A DNA stretch of 64,000 nt from the human T2T-CHM13v2.0 reference genome, Homo sapiens, in assembly GCF_009914755.1 (NCBI RefSeq), contig NC_060928.1; one strand, written 5' to 3'. Below the pieces are notes generated by a model. The model saw nothing but the letters and a program-made list of their open reading frames with translations. It made no database searches and was not told where the DNA came from. Each line of letters begins with the position of its first letter. Within the stretch, counting starts at the first letter, position 1. This document shows, in pieces, positions 1 through 16,312 of this stretch. Made by a program: the position numbers and the translations under genes.

Positions 1-888
1 ACAATGGAGAAAATGCCTTGAAGATGTTTCAGAGACCTTCATGGCAGCCTCTCCCATCACAGGCCTGGAGGCCTAGGAGGGAGGTATGGTTTCATGGGCC
101 AGGCCCAGGACCCTGCTGCCTTGTGCAATCTTGAGACACTGCTCCCTGCATCCTATCTTCTCCAGCTCCTGCTATAGCTAAAAGGGCCCCAGATAGGTCT
201 CAGGCCACTGCTCCAGAGGGTGCAAGCCCTAAGCCTTGGCAGCTTCCACATGGTGTTAAGTCTGCAGGTGCACAGAAGCCAAGAGTTCAGGCTTGGGAGC
301 CTCCATCTAGATCTCAGAGAATGTATGGAAATGCCTGGATGTCCAGGCAGAAGTCTGCTGCAGGGGCCTGCAGGGGCAAGCCCTCATGGAGAACCTCTGC
401 TAGGACAGTGCAGAGGGGAAATGTGGTGGCAGGGCCCTCATACAGGGTCCTCAAACTGGAGCACTGCCTGGTGGAGCTATGAGAAGAGGGCCACTGTCCT
501 CTAGACATCAAAATGGTAGATCCACTGGCAGCTTGCACTGTGCACATGGAAAAGCTGCAGGCACTCAATTCCAACCTATGAAATCAACCAAGGAGGCTAT
601 ATCTTGCAGAGCCACAAGAGTGGAGCTGCCAAAACTTGGCTGATTTCTCCCTTTGGGAATAGGTGTACTTATGAAATGCCTGTACCCTCATTGTATCTTG
701 GACATAACTAACTTGTTTTTTATTTTACATAGGCAGAAGGGACTTTCCTCATCTCAAATGAGACTTTTGACTATGAACTTTTGAGTTAATGCTGAAATGA
801 ATTAACATTTCGGGGGACTGTTGAAAAGAGGTGATTATATTTTGCAATGTGAGAAGGACATGAGATATGGGAGGAGCCAGGGGAAGAA
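1..888 (+). mobile_element. MaLR internal sequence (THE1/MST-int), 3' part
   Basis: Colinear and similar to the THE1 internal region at about 27230-28245. Ends in a purine tract abutting an LTR. Confidence 0.9.
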
Positions 889-1272
889 TGATATGGTTTG
901 GATTTGTGTCCCCACCCAAATCTCATGTCAAATTGTAATCCCTAGTGTTGGAGTAGGGGCCTGGTACAAGGTGATTGGATCATGTGGGCAGACTTCTCCC
1001 TTGCTGTTCTCATGATAATGAGTGAGTTATCATGAGATCTGGTTGCTTAAAAGTGTGCAGCACCTCCCCCTTCTCTCTCTGTTCTGCCTTCTTTGTCCAT
1101 GTGAGACGTGTCTGCTTCTCCTTCACTTTCTGCCATGACTGAAAGTTTCCAGAGGCCTTCCAGCCATACTTCCTGTACAGCCTGTGAAACAATGAGCCAA
1201 TTAAACCTCTTTTCTTATAAATTATCCAGTTTCAGGTATTTCTTTATAGCAGTGCAAGAATGGACTAATCCA
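889..1272 (+). mobile_element. MaLR 3' LTR (THE1D/MSTA-like)
   Basis: Starts tgatatggtttgg, ends ggactaatcca, contains aattaaacctcttttc. About 384 bp. Confidence 0.9.
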
Positions 1273-4040
<2,768 letters not shown>

Positions 4041-4049
4041 CTGCTGCTT

Positions 4050-4492
4050 TTAATTTTTTAAACAGTCTGGGTAGCACCAGCTAATCCATCAGAATGCAGG
4101 GTCTGAAAAATACCTCAAACGTCAGTCTTAGGTTTTACAACAGTGATGTTATCTATAGGAGCAACTGGGAGGTTATTATCTTGTGGCCTTTGGCTGCATG
4201 ACTCCTGAGCTATAGTTTCTAATCTTGTGAATAATTTGTTGGTTTTACAAAGGTCATCGGATCGCTAAGCAAGCAGGGAGTTTATTTTGGGGAGAAGATG
4301 TATTGTCTTTTTTTCAAAGTTCAACTATAAGCTAAATTACTCCAAAAGTTAGTTCACCCTACCCCTAAGAATGAACAAGGGCAGCTTGGAGGTTAGAAGT
4401 GAGATCAGTCGATGAGGTCAGATTTCTTTCACTGACATAATTTTCCTATGTCAGATTTGTCTCACTGCCATAATCTTTGCAAAGGCAGTTCA
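4050..4492 (-). mobile_element. ERV1 LTR fragment (LTR8A-like)
   Basis: Minus strand begins tgaactgcctttgcaaagattatggcagtgaga and contains cttctaacctccaagctgcccttgttcattc. Confidence 0.8.
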
Positions 4493-4493
4493 T

Positions 4494-4852
4494 CTCATGA
4501 ACTGAATTGTGTCCCCCCAAAAATTCGTATGTTGAAGCCCTAATCCCCAATTGTCTGTGTTTGAAGATAGGGTGTTTAGAAAGTGAAACAGGTCCTAAGG
4601 GTGGTGCCCTAATCTAATAGGACTGGTGTCCTGATAAGAAGAGAAGAGACACCAGGGATGTGTGCACACAGAGAAAAGGCTATGTAGGGACACAGGTAAA
4701 AAGTGGCCATCTGCAAGCCTAGGAAAGAGGCCTCATAGGAGGCCAAATCCTGCTGACACCTTGATCTTGAGCTTCCTGACTCCAGAACTGAGAATCTCTC
4801 TTGTTTAAGCCACCTAATCTGTGGTATTTTGTTATAGCAGCTCTAGCTATAT
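4494..4852 (+). mobile_element. MaLR solo LTR (MLT1B-like)
   Basis: gaactgaattgtgtcccccc...gacaccttgatcttg...tttaagccacc...gttatagcagc. Confidence 0.85.
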
Positions 4853-5110
4853 ACCAAAACCATTCCAGGTGCCAGTTACAGAGGTGATTAAGGCAAGCTT
4901 CTCCTGAAGAATGGCTTACTGGCATGAGGTTACATTACAGACCACTGCAAGAAATAGACCCCACTCAGCCTCTCATGGCTACTTGATGAGCTTTCACTTG
5001 ATATGGCCTGGACTGGCTGATTAGGTTGTGCATGCAATGGGGCTAATTAGAACTAGAACTAGACTACTGTTCGCTTCCCTCAAAACCTCTTTTGTTTTGC
5101 TCTGTTATCA

Positions 5111-5359
<249 letters not shown>

Positions 5360-7432
5360 TATTGGCTTTTGACACCCACCCTTCATATCACAGTCCGACC
5401 AAACCCCAACCCGTTCATTGTCAGAACTATCCACTCATTGAATCTAGCATGATTCATTGCATCCACAGTAAGAAATTTGAGGAGGGAGATTAAATAAAAT
5501 GCTTAAATGAGAAGCACGTATGAGATTTTTCAGAAAGCTGACTGGAGCATTCACATATTATCAGATTACTACAATAACTGTTGTATAAGATGGTGCCCTG
5601 GGTAGCATTTCTGATGTCACTGGTTTGGAAGGAGTATATTTGCTTTTTTTATAGAAAATATCAATCAGTTTTCCCTATCAGTTTTGCATGAATTTTCCTT
5701 GCTACAGGAAACAGTGATGGACTGCTGGTCAGTGTGACTTGGAACTTTAAGGCTAGACCTTTGAAATTCAACAGTTTAGGTCCCCATTAGTTTGATTTTA
5801 GAGCAGGAGTTAAGAAATAGTTTGAAGATGTATTTTTACCACACCTCAGCTGTGAGCTCCACAAAACAGAAAGGCCATTGCTTTATAATTTAAGGCTCAC
5901 AGAGAAATATTTCAGGGAAGTAGTTATACCATGAAATACTTTACAAATGTTACATTACAGTTTCATATGCCAAATGAAATTTGACATTTTCACCTTTGTT
6001 CCCCTTAAAGAGCCAAGTCATCTCTTTTAATATGTTGAATGTGTTTAGCAGTGCTGACATTCGCAATAGATAACCCAGACCGTGAATTATTTTACCTGAA
6101 AATAAAGACAATTTGCAGGCCTTCCTTAGAAGACCGGCTATTACACTCAAGAATGGGCTCAAGAGAATCTACTTCTCTAGAGAACTTGAAAAGCCCCATG
6201 GGTCTCAGGGGTTTTGCTGCCATCCTGTCCAGGGCTAAAAGGTCATATCCTCAGAACCAGTCCCATGATTTTGATTGCAGGTCTTCATGGACTAATGGTC
6301 CTGAATCTTACACAGAGCTTAACAACTGTATATTAGACCATATTTTCAACCTGCTCACATTTCAACCATCTGACCTGACTTCAAAGGGAGAATTATTTTA
6401 TCTAGACACCATATTGTGTGAGTAGTTTTTCAAGTACTAAAAATTTGCTTTATCTTCAAAGCCTGTGACTATGGCCCTTGGCTTTGAGGATAATATTGGA
6501 AGTGGCTTTTCATGATTGTACTAGAACCAGAGCAAATCTTAGATTTATTGGCAATTCATATATGAATCCAACCATTGGGAGAAGTGTTTATATTCATAAA
6601 ATAGCACTCTAGAAAAAAAATGACAGGAATATTAAATGTGGAGACATTAGTTAAAAGATCAGCTGCTTACCCCGCACAGTGTGGTTCAGTGAAAATACAG
6701 CTGCATGCCATTTTCTGACTGATGATGCAGGAAATATGATGACCAGCCACGTCCAGCTTGCAGGCCACTTGAGGTTTCTTCCCACAATCTGGGAGTGGAA
6801 GGGGGCCACACTGTCTCCACAGCACATAAGCCAACTTCTGTGGCTTTCCTTCAAAGCAGCATTCCCTGCTTTTAAATATCTTGACGCAGGTTCAAGTGGA
6901 GCACAGGAACTGCTATTCCCGTAGATTCTTTCTCCCACAGAATACTGAAAACTCATGAACTCCTGACTTAAAGTACCTTTCAGGATTTTCAGTTATCCTT
7001 TTGATGAGTTTCTCTGCAGATATTCTTGAAGTCTCACGGTGAAGTTTTCTATCAGATCTCATTTTCTCTCCTCTTGTGCACCCTTAATTTACTTATCTGA
7101 GTTTTGTAAATTGTAGGGAGAAAAAGAAGAGCTAAAGTAAACTTGTTCATCTCCTAAGTTACTTCTTATAACTGTTTTAAATGCCTGCTTTCATGTTTCT
7201 GACATGCCATGCTCTTTTGTCTCATAACAAATATTTGAATAACTCATTTCAAAACATAACATTGTCACCTGAGTTTTCAAAAACCCTTGGTCAGCCAAGC
7301 TGGCTTTTGGTTATTTCCTCACCTGACCACGCCTCTGTTCCAACAGGGCACTCATGAGAGAATCTATAACAAAACACTTCTTTCCTTGACTTTATGAAAT
7401 CACAGCACAAAAACCTAAGAAAAAAATTTAAC

Positions 7433-7965
7433 TGTGGTAGAATGATTTATATTCCTTTGGATACATACCCAGTAATAGGACAAATGCATGATATGTTCAT
7501 TGCAGCACTATTCACAATAGCAAAGACATGGAATCTATCTAAATGTCCATCAGTGACAGATTGGATAAAGAAAATGTGACACACACACACACACACACAC
7601 ACACCATGGAATACTATGCAACCATAAAAAAAATGAGATCATGTCCTTTGCAGGGACATGGATGAAGCTGGAGGCCGTTATCCTTAGCAAACTAACGCAG
7701 GAACAGAAAATCAAATATTACATGTTCTCACTTACAAGTGGGAGCTAAATGATGAGAACACATGGATGCATAGAGGGGAACAGCACACACCGGGGGCTAT
7801 GGGAGGGTGGAGGGTGGGAGGAAGGAGAGATCAGGAAAAATAACTATTAAATACTAGGCTTGGTATCTGGGTGACAAAATAATCTGTACAACAAACCCCC
7901 ATGACACAAGTTTACCTATATGACAAACCTGCACATGGACCCCTGAACCTAAAATAAAGTTAAAA
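7433..7965 (+). mobile_element. L1PA (older, about PA13-16) 3' end with a short 5' inversion and internal (CA)n
   Basis: End of ORF2 and 3' UTR through aataaaagttaaaa. The first about 47 bp are the adjacent L1 sequence in reverse orientation. (CA)n at 7579-7603. Confidence 0.9.
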
Positions 7966-8685
7966 CTTTTTTTAACTTAAAAGAAGAATTAATAGTTTCG
8001 GAGGGCTCTCATTCTCATGTGATCAGAAAAACACAAATTGTTCCATATGCTCTGTTTACAAAGAGTAAGTCCAAGCTAGCAAAGCTTTCTAATCTTCAAA
8101 GATGATATGAGAGGGCAGGAATAAACTTGCACTCAGGCAGAACCAAGTAGAGTGATGTACCCCTGGCTGTTGATCACAAGACGAGCTACTTTCCAGTGAA
8201 CTGTATGAGTCAGGATGAAGTCACCACTCTTCTGCCATTTTCTAACTTTTCCTTTCAGAAATGGATTTTTTTTAAGTCCAGGTTTAAAATCTAGAGCCTC
8301 TTGCAAAGGTTAGGAGATGTTTGCTCCTATTGCTACTCCATGGTGCCTTTTCTTGTGCCACCGCAGCCTCCCCTAGAGTCAAGCCACTCATGGGTAACCA
8401 GGTCTTCTTCTTCAGTCTTGTATTTTGAAGACTTCATTGTCATGTCTCCATCCCTTGGCAGCCCCGAGTGTTAAAGTGATTTTCTTTCTAACTCCACTTC
8501 AGTGTCTCTATCTGTACCAGACTCCAATCCTATTTTTGACTAGGATCACTTCTTTTCTAAACCCAAGGACTCACAGCCTTCTTTAATTTCCATGTGTTTC
8601 CTTGAGCTCAGTAAAGCAGTTGCCACAGATTTAACGCCTAAAATGACATTTTTTCCAGTGAATTAGTTATAACCATTACCATTTG

Positions 8686-8876
8686 CTTGGTAAAAAGAGC
8701 CCAGGTCTAGGAATTAGACATGGGTGCGAATCCTGCCTGCTGTCTGCTGGTTGGATAGTACTGGACAAACCACCTACTTTCTCGGAGCCTCAGTTGCAAA
8801 CGTGAATGAAAACACAGCATGGCGAGAGTGCAGATGAGGAAGTGAAATGATGCCCGTGAAAGCATCCAGTTCAGTA
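8686..8876 (+). mobile_element. MIR SINE
   Basis: gggtgcgaatcctg...ctttctcggagcctcagtt...tgaaagca. Confidence 0.65.
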
Positions 8877-9034
8877 AGAACCTTAATTTATTTTCCTTCT
8901 AGCAGAAAAGAGTTGCTTATCCTAACCCCAAAAGGTAGTAGAGTAGCTTATTTATATGAATTTCTCTCTGTGTCTATTTGTGAAAATCAACTTGTTTTTG
9001 GCCAGAGATCCTTAACTTAAAACTTTCTATTTTG

Positions 9035-9283
9035 TGATAATAGACTGGGAAGGGTGAGTGGGGGCAGGGGGAAGGGTGAAGAGATGTGGATTAAAGAGTA
9101 CAAACATGCAGTAAGATAGAGGGAGTAAATTCAATGTTTGATAACAGAGTGGCATGACTATACTTCATAAAAATGTATTGTGTTTGGGAGATGGACACCG
9201 TAAATACCCTGACTTGGTCACTATGCTTTATATGCATGTAATGGAATTTCTCATGTTCCCCATAAATTCACACAAGTAAAAAA
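9035..9283 (+). mobile_element. L1MA-type 3' UTR fragment
   Basis: G-rich tract, then gagtacaaacatgcagtaagatag...gatggacaccgtaaataccctgacttg. Confidence 0.8.
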
Positions 9284-9899
9284 GTTTTTGTTTTGATGCC
9301 AGACATGTTTCACAAATAATAAAATGCTTAGCTTCAAGTGGCAAGACATGGCTTTAGGAAAAGGTGATTTGAAGCAGAACACATATAAACCTAAGGGCCC
9401 TCTGATAATATTTCTGCTGTGGGCTCTTCTTTCTCTTGCATAATGTAAGCCAGCTTCTGAAATGAGTAGTCCCAACAAGTCCCAGGGCAAGAGAGAGATG
9501 CCAAAGCAATTACATTTATGGTAAATTCAGAAAAGGAAAATGTGCACAAGATAGGAAGAAAATCTCTGCAGGCATAATTTCAAGGAAAGGCACTAGGTGG
9601 TCTCTGCCAGCAGTCATTGGATGTGACTAGCATGGAGCAATTAGAGGTGGAATGGATCTGTTTAAGCAAAAATGGTGTGATGGCTATGAGGCAAAGCCTT
9701 AAATAGTGAAAAATCCTATAAGAATCACAAAAGCATTCCTAGTATGTTGCATTTATATGCTGCTTTTAATTTCTACAAGCACTTCACAATTTTTTTATCA
9801 GAGTCTCAAATGAATTATGTTAGGGCTTATATGTAATTCTATTCTCAAATATCCCTATCCCCAAAATGTTTATTTTAATTCTGCTTTTCTCCTGTATAT

Positions 9900-11460
9900 A
9901 TCATTCCCATCACTATCAAGCTTCTTGAAAGAGAAACTTCCATTTGTTGACTCTGTTCACCTTCCATTTTTTTCTCAGTCCTCTTGGCAATCTGTCTTCT
10001 ACCTTCATTCATGAAACCACAGAAACTGTCCTTTGAAAGGTCTCTGGTGACTTCCTTATTGCCAAATCCAACAGCCTCTCCCTAGGCCTCCCCTACTGGA
10101 TCCCTCTATGAAATTTGACACTGCAGCTCACCCCTCCCACCTTGAAACTCTTCTCCCAGGCTTCTTTATGATTTCTTCTTATTTTCTCCTTCTTATTTCT
10201 AGCTACACTTTCTTTGCTCACTTTCAAAAAAAGTCATTCCCTGGAGTTCCCCCCTCAATCTTCTCAAATTCCTTTCTATTCTTTGCTTGAGTGAGATCAT
10301 GTACTTCTATTATTTCAATTCTTACTCATACGTGGTTGCATCAGTCCAAGTCCAGCCAGAAGACAGAAATCACACCAGTAATTTGAATAGGGACATTTTA
10401 ATATTAAAAAAAAAAAAAAACGTTGGCTGGTAAAAGGGGTAAAAGAGGGCTCTAGGGAGTACTGAAGCAGCAACTCCAAAAAACAATAACTATCATTAGG
10501 GCTGAGGAATGTGAGCAAGGCAGGAACTTGGAAACTTAGAAGAACTCTCCAACTTTTCCCACGCCAAGGTTGAGATTCAGGCCTCATTTGATGTGGTGTG
10601 GCTGTCATATACATGCAGCTTGGTAGTGATAAAGAAACTTGCAGGACATAGCAGCTGCTGCTTATCTCTGAGGGCCACTCCTGCGAGGGCTGCTCTCTTC
10701 CACCCCACCCCACATGCCCATTTACTGGCTATCACATGGAAAAACTGTGCATGCGTGCGCACTCACACACACACACGAAAAACCTTCCTCCTGCTCAGCC
10801 CTTCCAGTGTCCTTCCAGCACCCTCTATTAGCAAAATTGTATCCACTGACAAAATTGTATCCACTGACAAAGGAGAAATATCTACAGGGTCCATCTTGAG
10901 AATCACAAACTAAGGCAAAAAAGGATTTGAAGTTGAAAGGCAAAATATTAGTAGAATATTAGCAAAATATTAGTAGAACAGTAGATAAGAGCATATACCC
11001 AAATAGGCATTTCTTACCCTGACCCATCTTCCAAATTTCAGACTTCTAGGTGTCTATATATAGATGTCCCAGAGACACCTCAAACTCAGCATGCCTTCTT
11101 TATTATACTCATGGAAACAGTTGTCAAGGGCTGTAATTTTTATTTAAAATGTCTAAACACATATCTTCTTTTGAATACATATTATATATATATATATAAT
11201 TTGGATATATTATTTGGATACATTCTATCATTAGTTCAGATTCTCATTGCCAATTAGAACTAGTACCCATTATGACAATTACATAACTCTCCACCTGTCT
11301 TTCTCATAATCACCAGAATTTACTGTCTAAAACAAGTTTTTGTTCTCAAAAACATTTAATGATCTTTTTGCCAACAGAACAAGGTCTAAATCCCTTATCT
11401 TGATATTTAAGACTCTTCACAAAATGGCACCAATACACTGCCCCAGTCTCATTTCTTACT
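9900..11460 (+). mobile_element. L2 LINE fragment split by an LTR
   Basis: Decayed RT region (caatctgtcttctac...acagaaactgtc...gccaaatccaac...tttgacactgc) at 9990-10160. Resumes after about 11010 (cacctcaaactcagcatg). Confidence 0.7.
10337..10965 (-). mobile_element. ERVL solo LTR (LTR41-like)
   Basis: cagtccaagtccagccagaagacagaaatcacaccag...caaaggagaaatatctacagggtcca...ggatttgaagttgaaaggcaa. Confidence 0.6.
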
Positions 11461-11489
11461 ACATCTTGATACTACTGCTACTACTACTA

Positions 11490-11733
11490 TGAAACATTAA
11501 CATCTATTGAGCACATAATATGGTCCATACACTAAAACAAATATATGTATAATCTCATTTAATACTCACATCACATTTATGAAGCATTATCCTTAATTTT
11601 AAGGAAAAAAACTGAGGCAAAAATAAGTTAAGTTAACTTGCTTAATGCCATGCAGCCCTACTAAATGGTGAAATCAAACTCTGGGCAGTCTAACTTCAGA
11701 ATATGTGCATTTAACCACTACATTATATGTCTC
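11490..11733 (-). mobile_element. MIR SINE
   Basis: aacatctattgagcac...tctcatttaatactcac...aaactgaggc...ttaaccactac. Confidence 0.8.
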
Positions 11734-12266
11734 CCGAAAAATAAATGAGAGTAGAAACACATTTAACAAATGGGTCTAAAGACTCATAAAAAACCACAAA
11801 ATGTTACTGAAAGAAATTGCATATCTAAATAAATGGAAAAACATCCCATGTTCATGGATTTAAAAACGTGTTATTGTTAAATGGTGATACTACGCAAAGT
11901 GATCTACAGATTAGATGCAATCTATCAAAATCTAAATGGAATATTTTGTGAAAATAGAAAAACCCATCCTAAAATTTATATGGAATCTCAAAGGAACCTG
12001 AATAATGAAAACAATCTTGAACAAGAAAAACAAAGTTGGAGAACCCACATTTCCTAATTTCAAAACTTAATACAAAGCTACAGTAATCCAAAAAATGTGT
12101 GGTACAGGCATAAAGATAGACATATAGACCAAGGGAATCCAATAGATTGCCAAGAAATAAGCCCTCACATGCAAAGTTAATTGATTTTTGACAAGGGTGC
12201 CAATATCACTCAATAAGGAATGGACAGTCTGTTCAACAAATGGTGCTGGGAAAACTGGATATCCAC

Positions 12267-12730
12267 TACTAATGGATTGAATTATGTCTCCCCAAAATTT
12301 ATATGTTGAAATCCTAATCCTTGGTACCTCAGAATGTAACCTTATTTGGAAATCAGGTTATTGCAGATGTAATTAATTAAGATGAGATTATTCTGAGTAT
12401 GGTGGGCCCCAATCCAATATGATTGGTGTCTTCATAAAAAGGGGAAATTTGGACACCAGCACACACACAAACAGAACATCAAGTGAACATAAAAGCAGAA
12501 ACCAGCATGATATGTTAACAAGCCAAGGAACATCAAAGATTGCCACAAACCACCAGAAACTAGGAGAGAAGCATATTATGTACTCTCTTTCACAGCCCTC
12601 AGGAGGAACCAACCTGCGAACACCTTGATCTTGGTCTTTTAGCCTCCAAAACTGTCAGGCAATAAATTGCTGTAGTTTAATCCACTTGGTTTGTGGTGCT
12701 TTCCTTCGGAAGCCATTTCAAACTAATATA
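12267..12730 (+). mobile_element. MaLR solo LTR (MLT1C-like) inserted in L1
   Basis: Typical MLT1 termini. 5-bp TSD tccac (12262-12266) / tctac (12731-12735). L1 continues on both sides. Confidence 0.88.
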
Positions 12731-13522
12731 TCTACGTGCAAAAAAATGAGGTTGTAAAATTTACTTTACACTATACACAAAATTTAATTCTAAATGGACC
12801 TAAACATAAGAGCTAAAACTATAAAACTCAGAATAAAACATAGGGGAAAATCTCCATGGCATTGGAATGTCAATGATCTCTTAAATATGACACTAAAGCA
12901 CAGGCAACAAAAGAAAACAAATAGATAAATTGGACTTCATGAAAGTTAAAACTTTTGTGCATCAAAGGCACAATTGACAGAATGAAAAGGTAACCCACTG
13001 AATAGGATAAAATATTTACAAGTCATATATCTGATAAGGGATTAAGATCTAGAATATATATTTTCAAAACTCCTTAAACAAAAATAAAACCACAAATGAC
13101 TCAATTCAGAAATAGGCAAAGAACCTGAATAGGCATTTCTCCAAACTATACAAATGCTCAATAAACAAATGAAAAGGTTTTCAACATCATTAGTCATTAG
13201 GGAAAAGCAAATCAAAACCACAATGAAATACCAGTTTACATCCACTAGGATGGCTATTACATAAACCAAAAAAACTACAAGTGTTGGCAAAAATATGAAG
13301 AAATTGGAACCATTGTACATTGCTTGTGGGAATGTAAAATGGTTCAGCTACTGTGGAAAACACTTTCATGGTTCCTCAAAAAGTTAAACATAGAATTACC
13401 TTAGGACCCAGCAATTTCATTCCTAGGTGTATGGGCAAAATAATTGAAAACAAGGATGGGAAAGATATTTACATGCCAGTGTTCACAGAAGCATTATTCA
13501 CAGTAGCCAAAAAGTAGAAACA

Positions 13523-13843
<321 letters not shown>

Positions 13844-13925
13844 TCAATAGATGAATGGATACAAATTTGGCATATTTATATATGTATATATTTATATATG
13901 TGTTTATTCATATAAATATATATGA

Positions 13926-14236
<311 letters not shown>

Positions 14237-14944
14237 TTAAAAGGAAATGAAGTTCCGATACATGCTACAATGTTAAGTTAAATAAGCCAGACACAAAATG
14301 GCAAACACGGTATGGTTCCATTTATATGAGGTTTACAAAATATTATTTATAGTCAGTAGAATAGACAGTACCAGGGGTTGGGGGAGAAGGGGAAGTAGGG
14401 AGTTATTGCTTAATGATTAATAGTTGCTGTTTCGAATTATGAAATATTTTAGACATAGATCTTGGTGATGGTTACACAACATTTTGAATGCACTTAATGC
14501 TATTCAATTGAACATTTAAAATGGTTAAAATAATAAACTTTACATTATGTATATTTTATCACAATTTTTTAAAACAGCTCATGAGAAGATGTCAAAGGGC
14601 TGGGAGACTGGGATGGAGAGGAAAGGAGTGGGACATTCAGTACCTAGGACTAGAATCAGCAGAAATTGTTCATTCATTGAGGGGTAGGGAGGTGGGTATG
14701 TTTGGTGTGGCGCTCAAATTGCCAAATTGAGATCTTGGGGGATTGTGTAAGACACAGTGAAGATTAACCAGTGATACACACTGAAGAACAGGCCTGCAAT
14801 GCTGGGCCAAGGCTTGTTCATCTGCATTCTCCTTCGACTTAAGTGCCGTGAGCAATCCCATGATACAATAGAAATGTGATTTGGCCATGGCAGCACCCCA
14901 TTTACCATCACAGACAATTCAGCCAAAAAAATTAACAAACAAAT

Positions 14945-15063
14945 AAATAGTAGCTAACATTTACTGACCACTTGCAACGTACAAACACTGTGCCAGGCAC
15001 TTCGCATGCATCTGTTTAATCCTCACAACTGCCCTCTGAGGCATGATCGTCTTCATTTTACAA
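14945..15063 (-). mobile_element. MIR fragment
   Basis: gctaacatttactga...cactgtgccaggcact...tttaatcctcacaac. Confidence 0.7.
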
Positions 15064-15479
15064 ACCTTATGTTGAGCCATGCTATATCATGTGCCATTCC
15101 CTAAAAAATGCTGTACACTGTCAAACTTCAATATCCGTATTCATTTCTGATTCCTAAGGCAATAGTGTCCTTCTGTCATTTTACTGTGTACATTCAATTC
15201 TACTCATCCTCCAGGGCCCCTTCCAATGTCATCCATCCTACCAAGTGCTCCAAGCCCATCTCACCCAGAACGGTCATTTCCTCTTCAGGTCTCACTTAGC
15301 ATTTAGTCTCTTAAGAAGATGTCTTCAGAGTAATGTCTCCCTGATATATGTGGGCTCCTTGAGAACAGAAGCCAGTTTTTCTTAGTCTTTGAATTTCTAA
15401 CTACAAAGTGCCTTTCATTCAAAATCACTCTCAGAATGTTGACTTCCTGTAAATGGATGAATTGAGCTTTAAAAAGGAC

Positions 15480-15608
15480 AGGAGGCTGAAGAGGGAAGAT
15501 CGCTTGAGCCCAGGAGTTAAAGACTGTGGCAAGCTGTGTGAGCTGTGAACACGCCACTGCAGTCTAGCCTGGGCAACAGAGCAAGACCCTATCTCTTGAA
15601 AAAAAAAA
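15480..15608 (+). mobile_element. AluJ/FRAM right-arm fragment
   Basis: gatcgcttgagcccaggagtt...gcctgggcaacagagcaagaccc followed by an A-tail. Confidence 0.85.
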
Positions 15609-15757
15609 TGAGGTTATAGGGAACCTCATTTGTACCTCCTGAGCAGAACCCAGACCTGCTTAGTCTCCATCCAGTTCTCTTTCTGTGTTACCCTAGTGTC
15701 TTCTGTCTTTCCAGCTCTGCAAATAAATTTGCATTCTAAAATCAACTATAGTCCAGA

Positions 15758-16069
<312 letters not shown>

Positions 16070-16184
16070 AAAATCAACTATAGTCCATAAAAGGGAGCAT
16101 CTTAATTTTTTTGCCACGTTAAAAATTCACAGCCAGAAATATTGGAAGTCTCAAGCCTTTCTTCCATTCAGGTCCTCTCTGATG

Positions 16185-16312
16185 TCCTCACTAGACCATC
16201 AGGTGCACAAAGGATAGGACTGGTTCTTTTTTAATTTTTTGCTGTATACCTGGTTTCCAGCAGAGTGCCTACGACATAGCAGGTACCTAGTAAATGTTGA
16301 ATGAGGAATGAA
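16185..16312 (+). mobile_element. L2 3' end fragment
   Basis: agcagagtgcctacgacatagcaggtacctagtaaatgttgaatgaggaatgaa. Confidence 0.7.

Noticed and set aside
6039-6650. 128-aa ORF with ELFYL twice, and a faint env-like IVLEPEQILDLLA peptide downstream
   Set aside because: Non-ATG start, no recognisable domain and no convincing splice context. The env resemblance is too weak to support without an HMM search.
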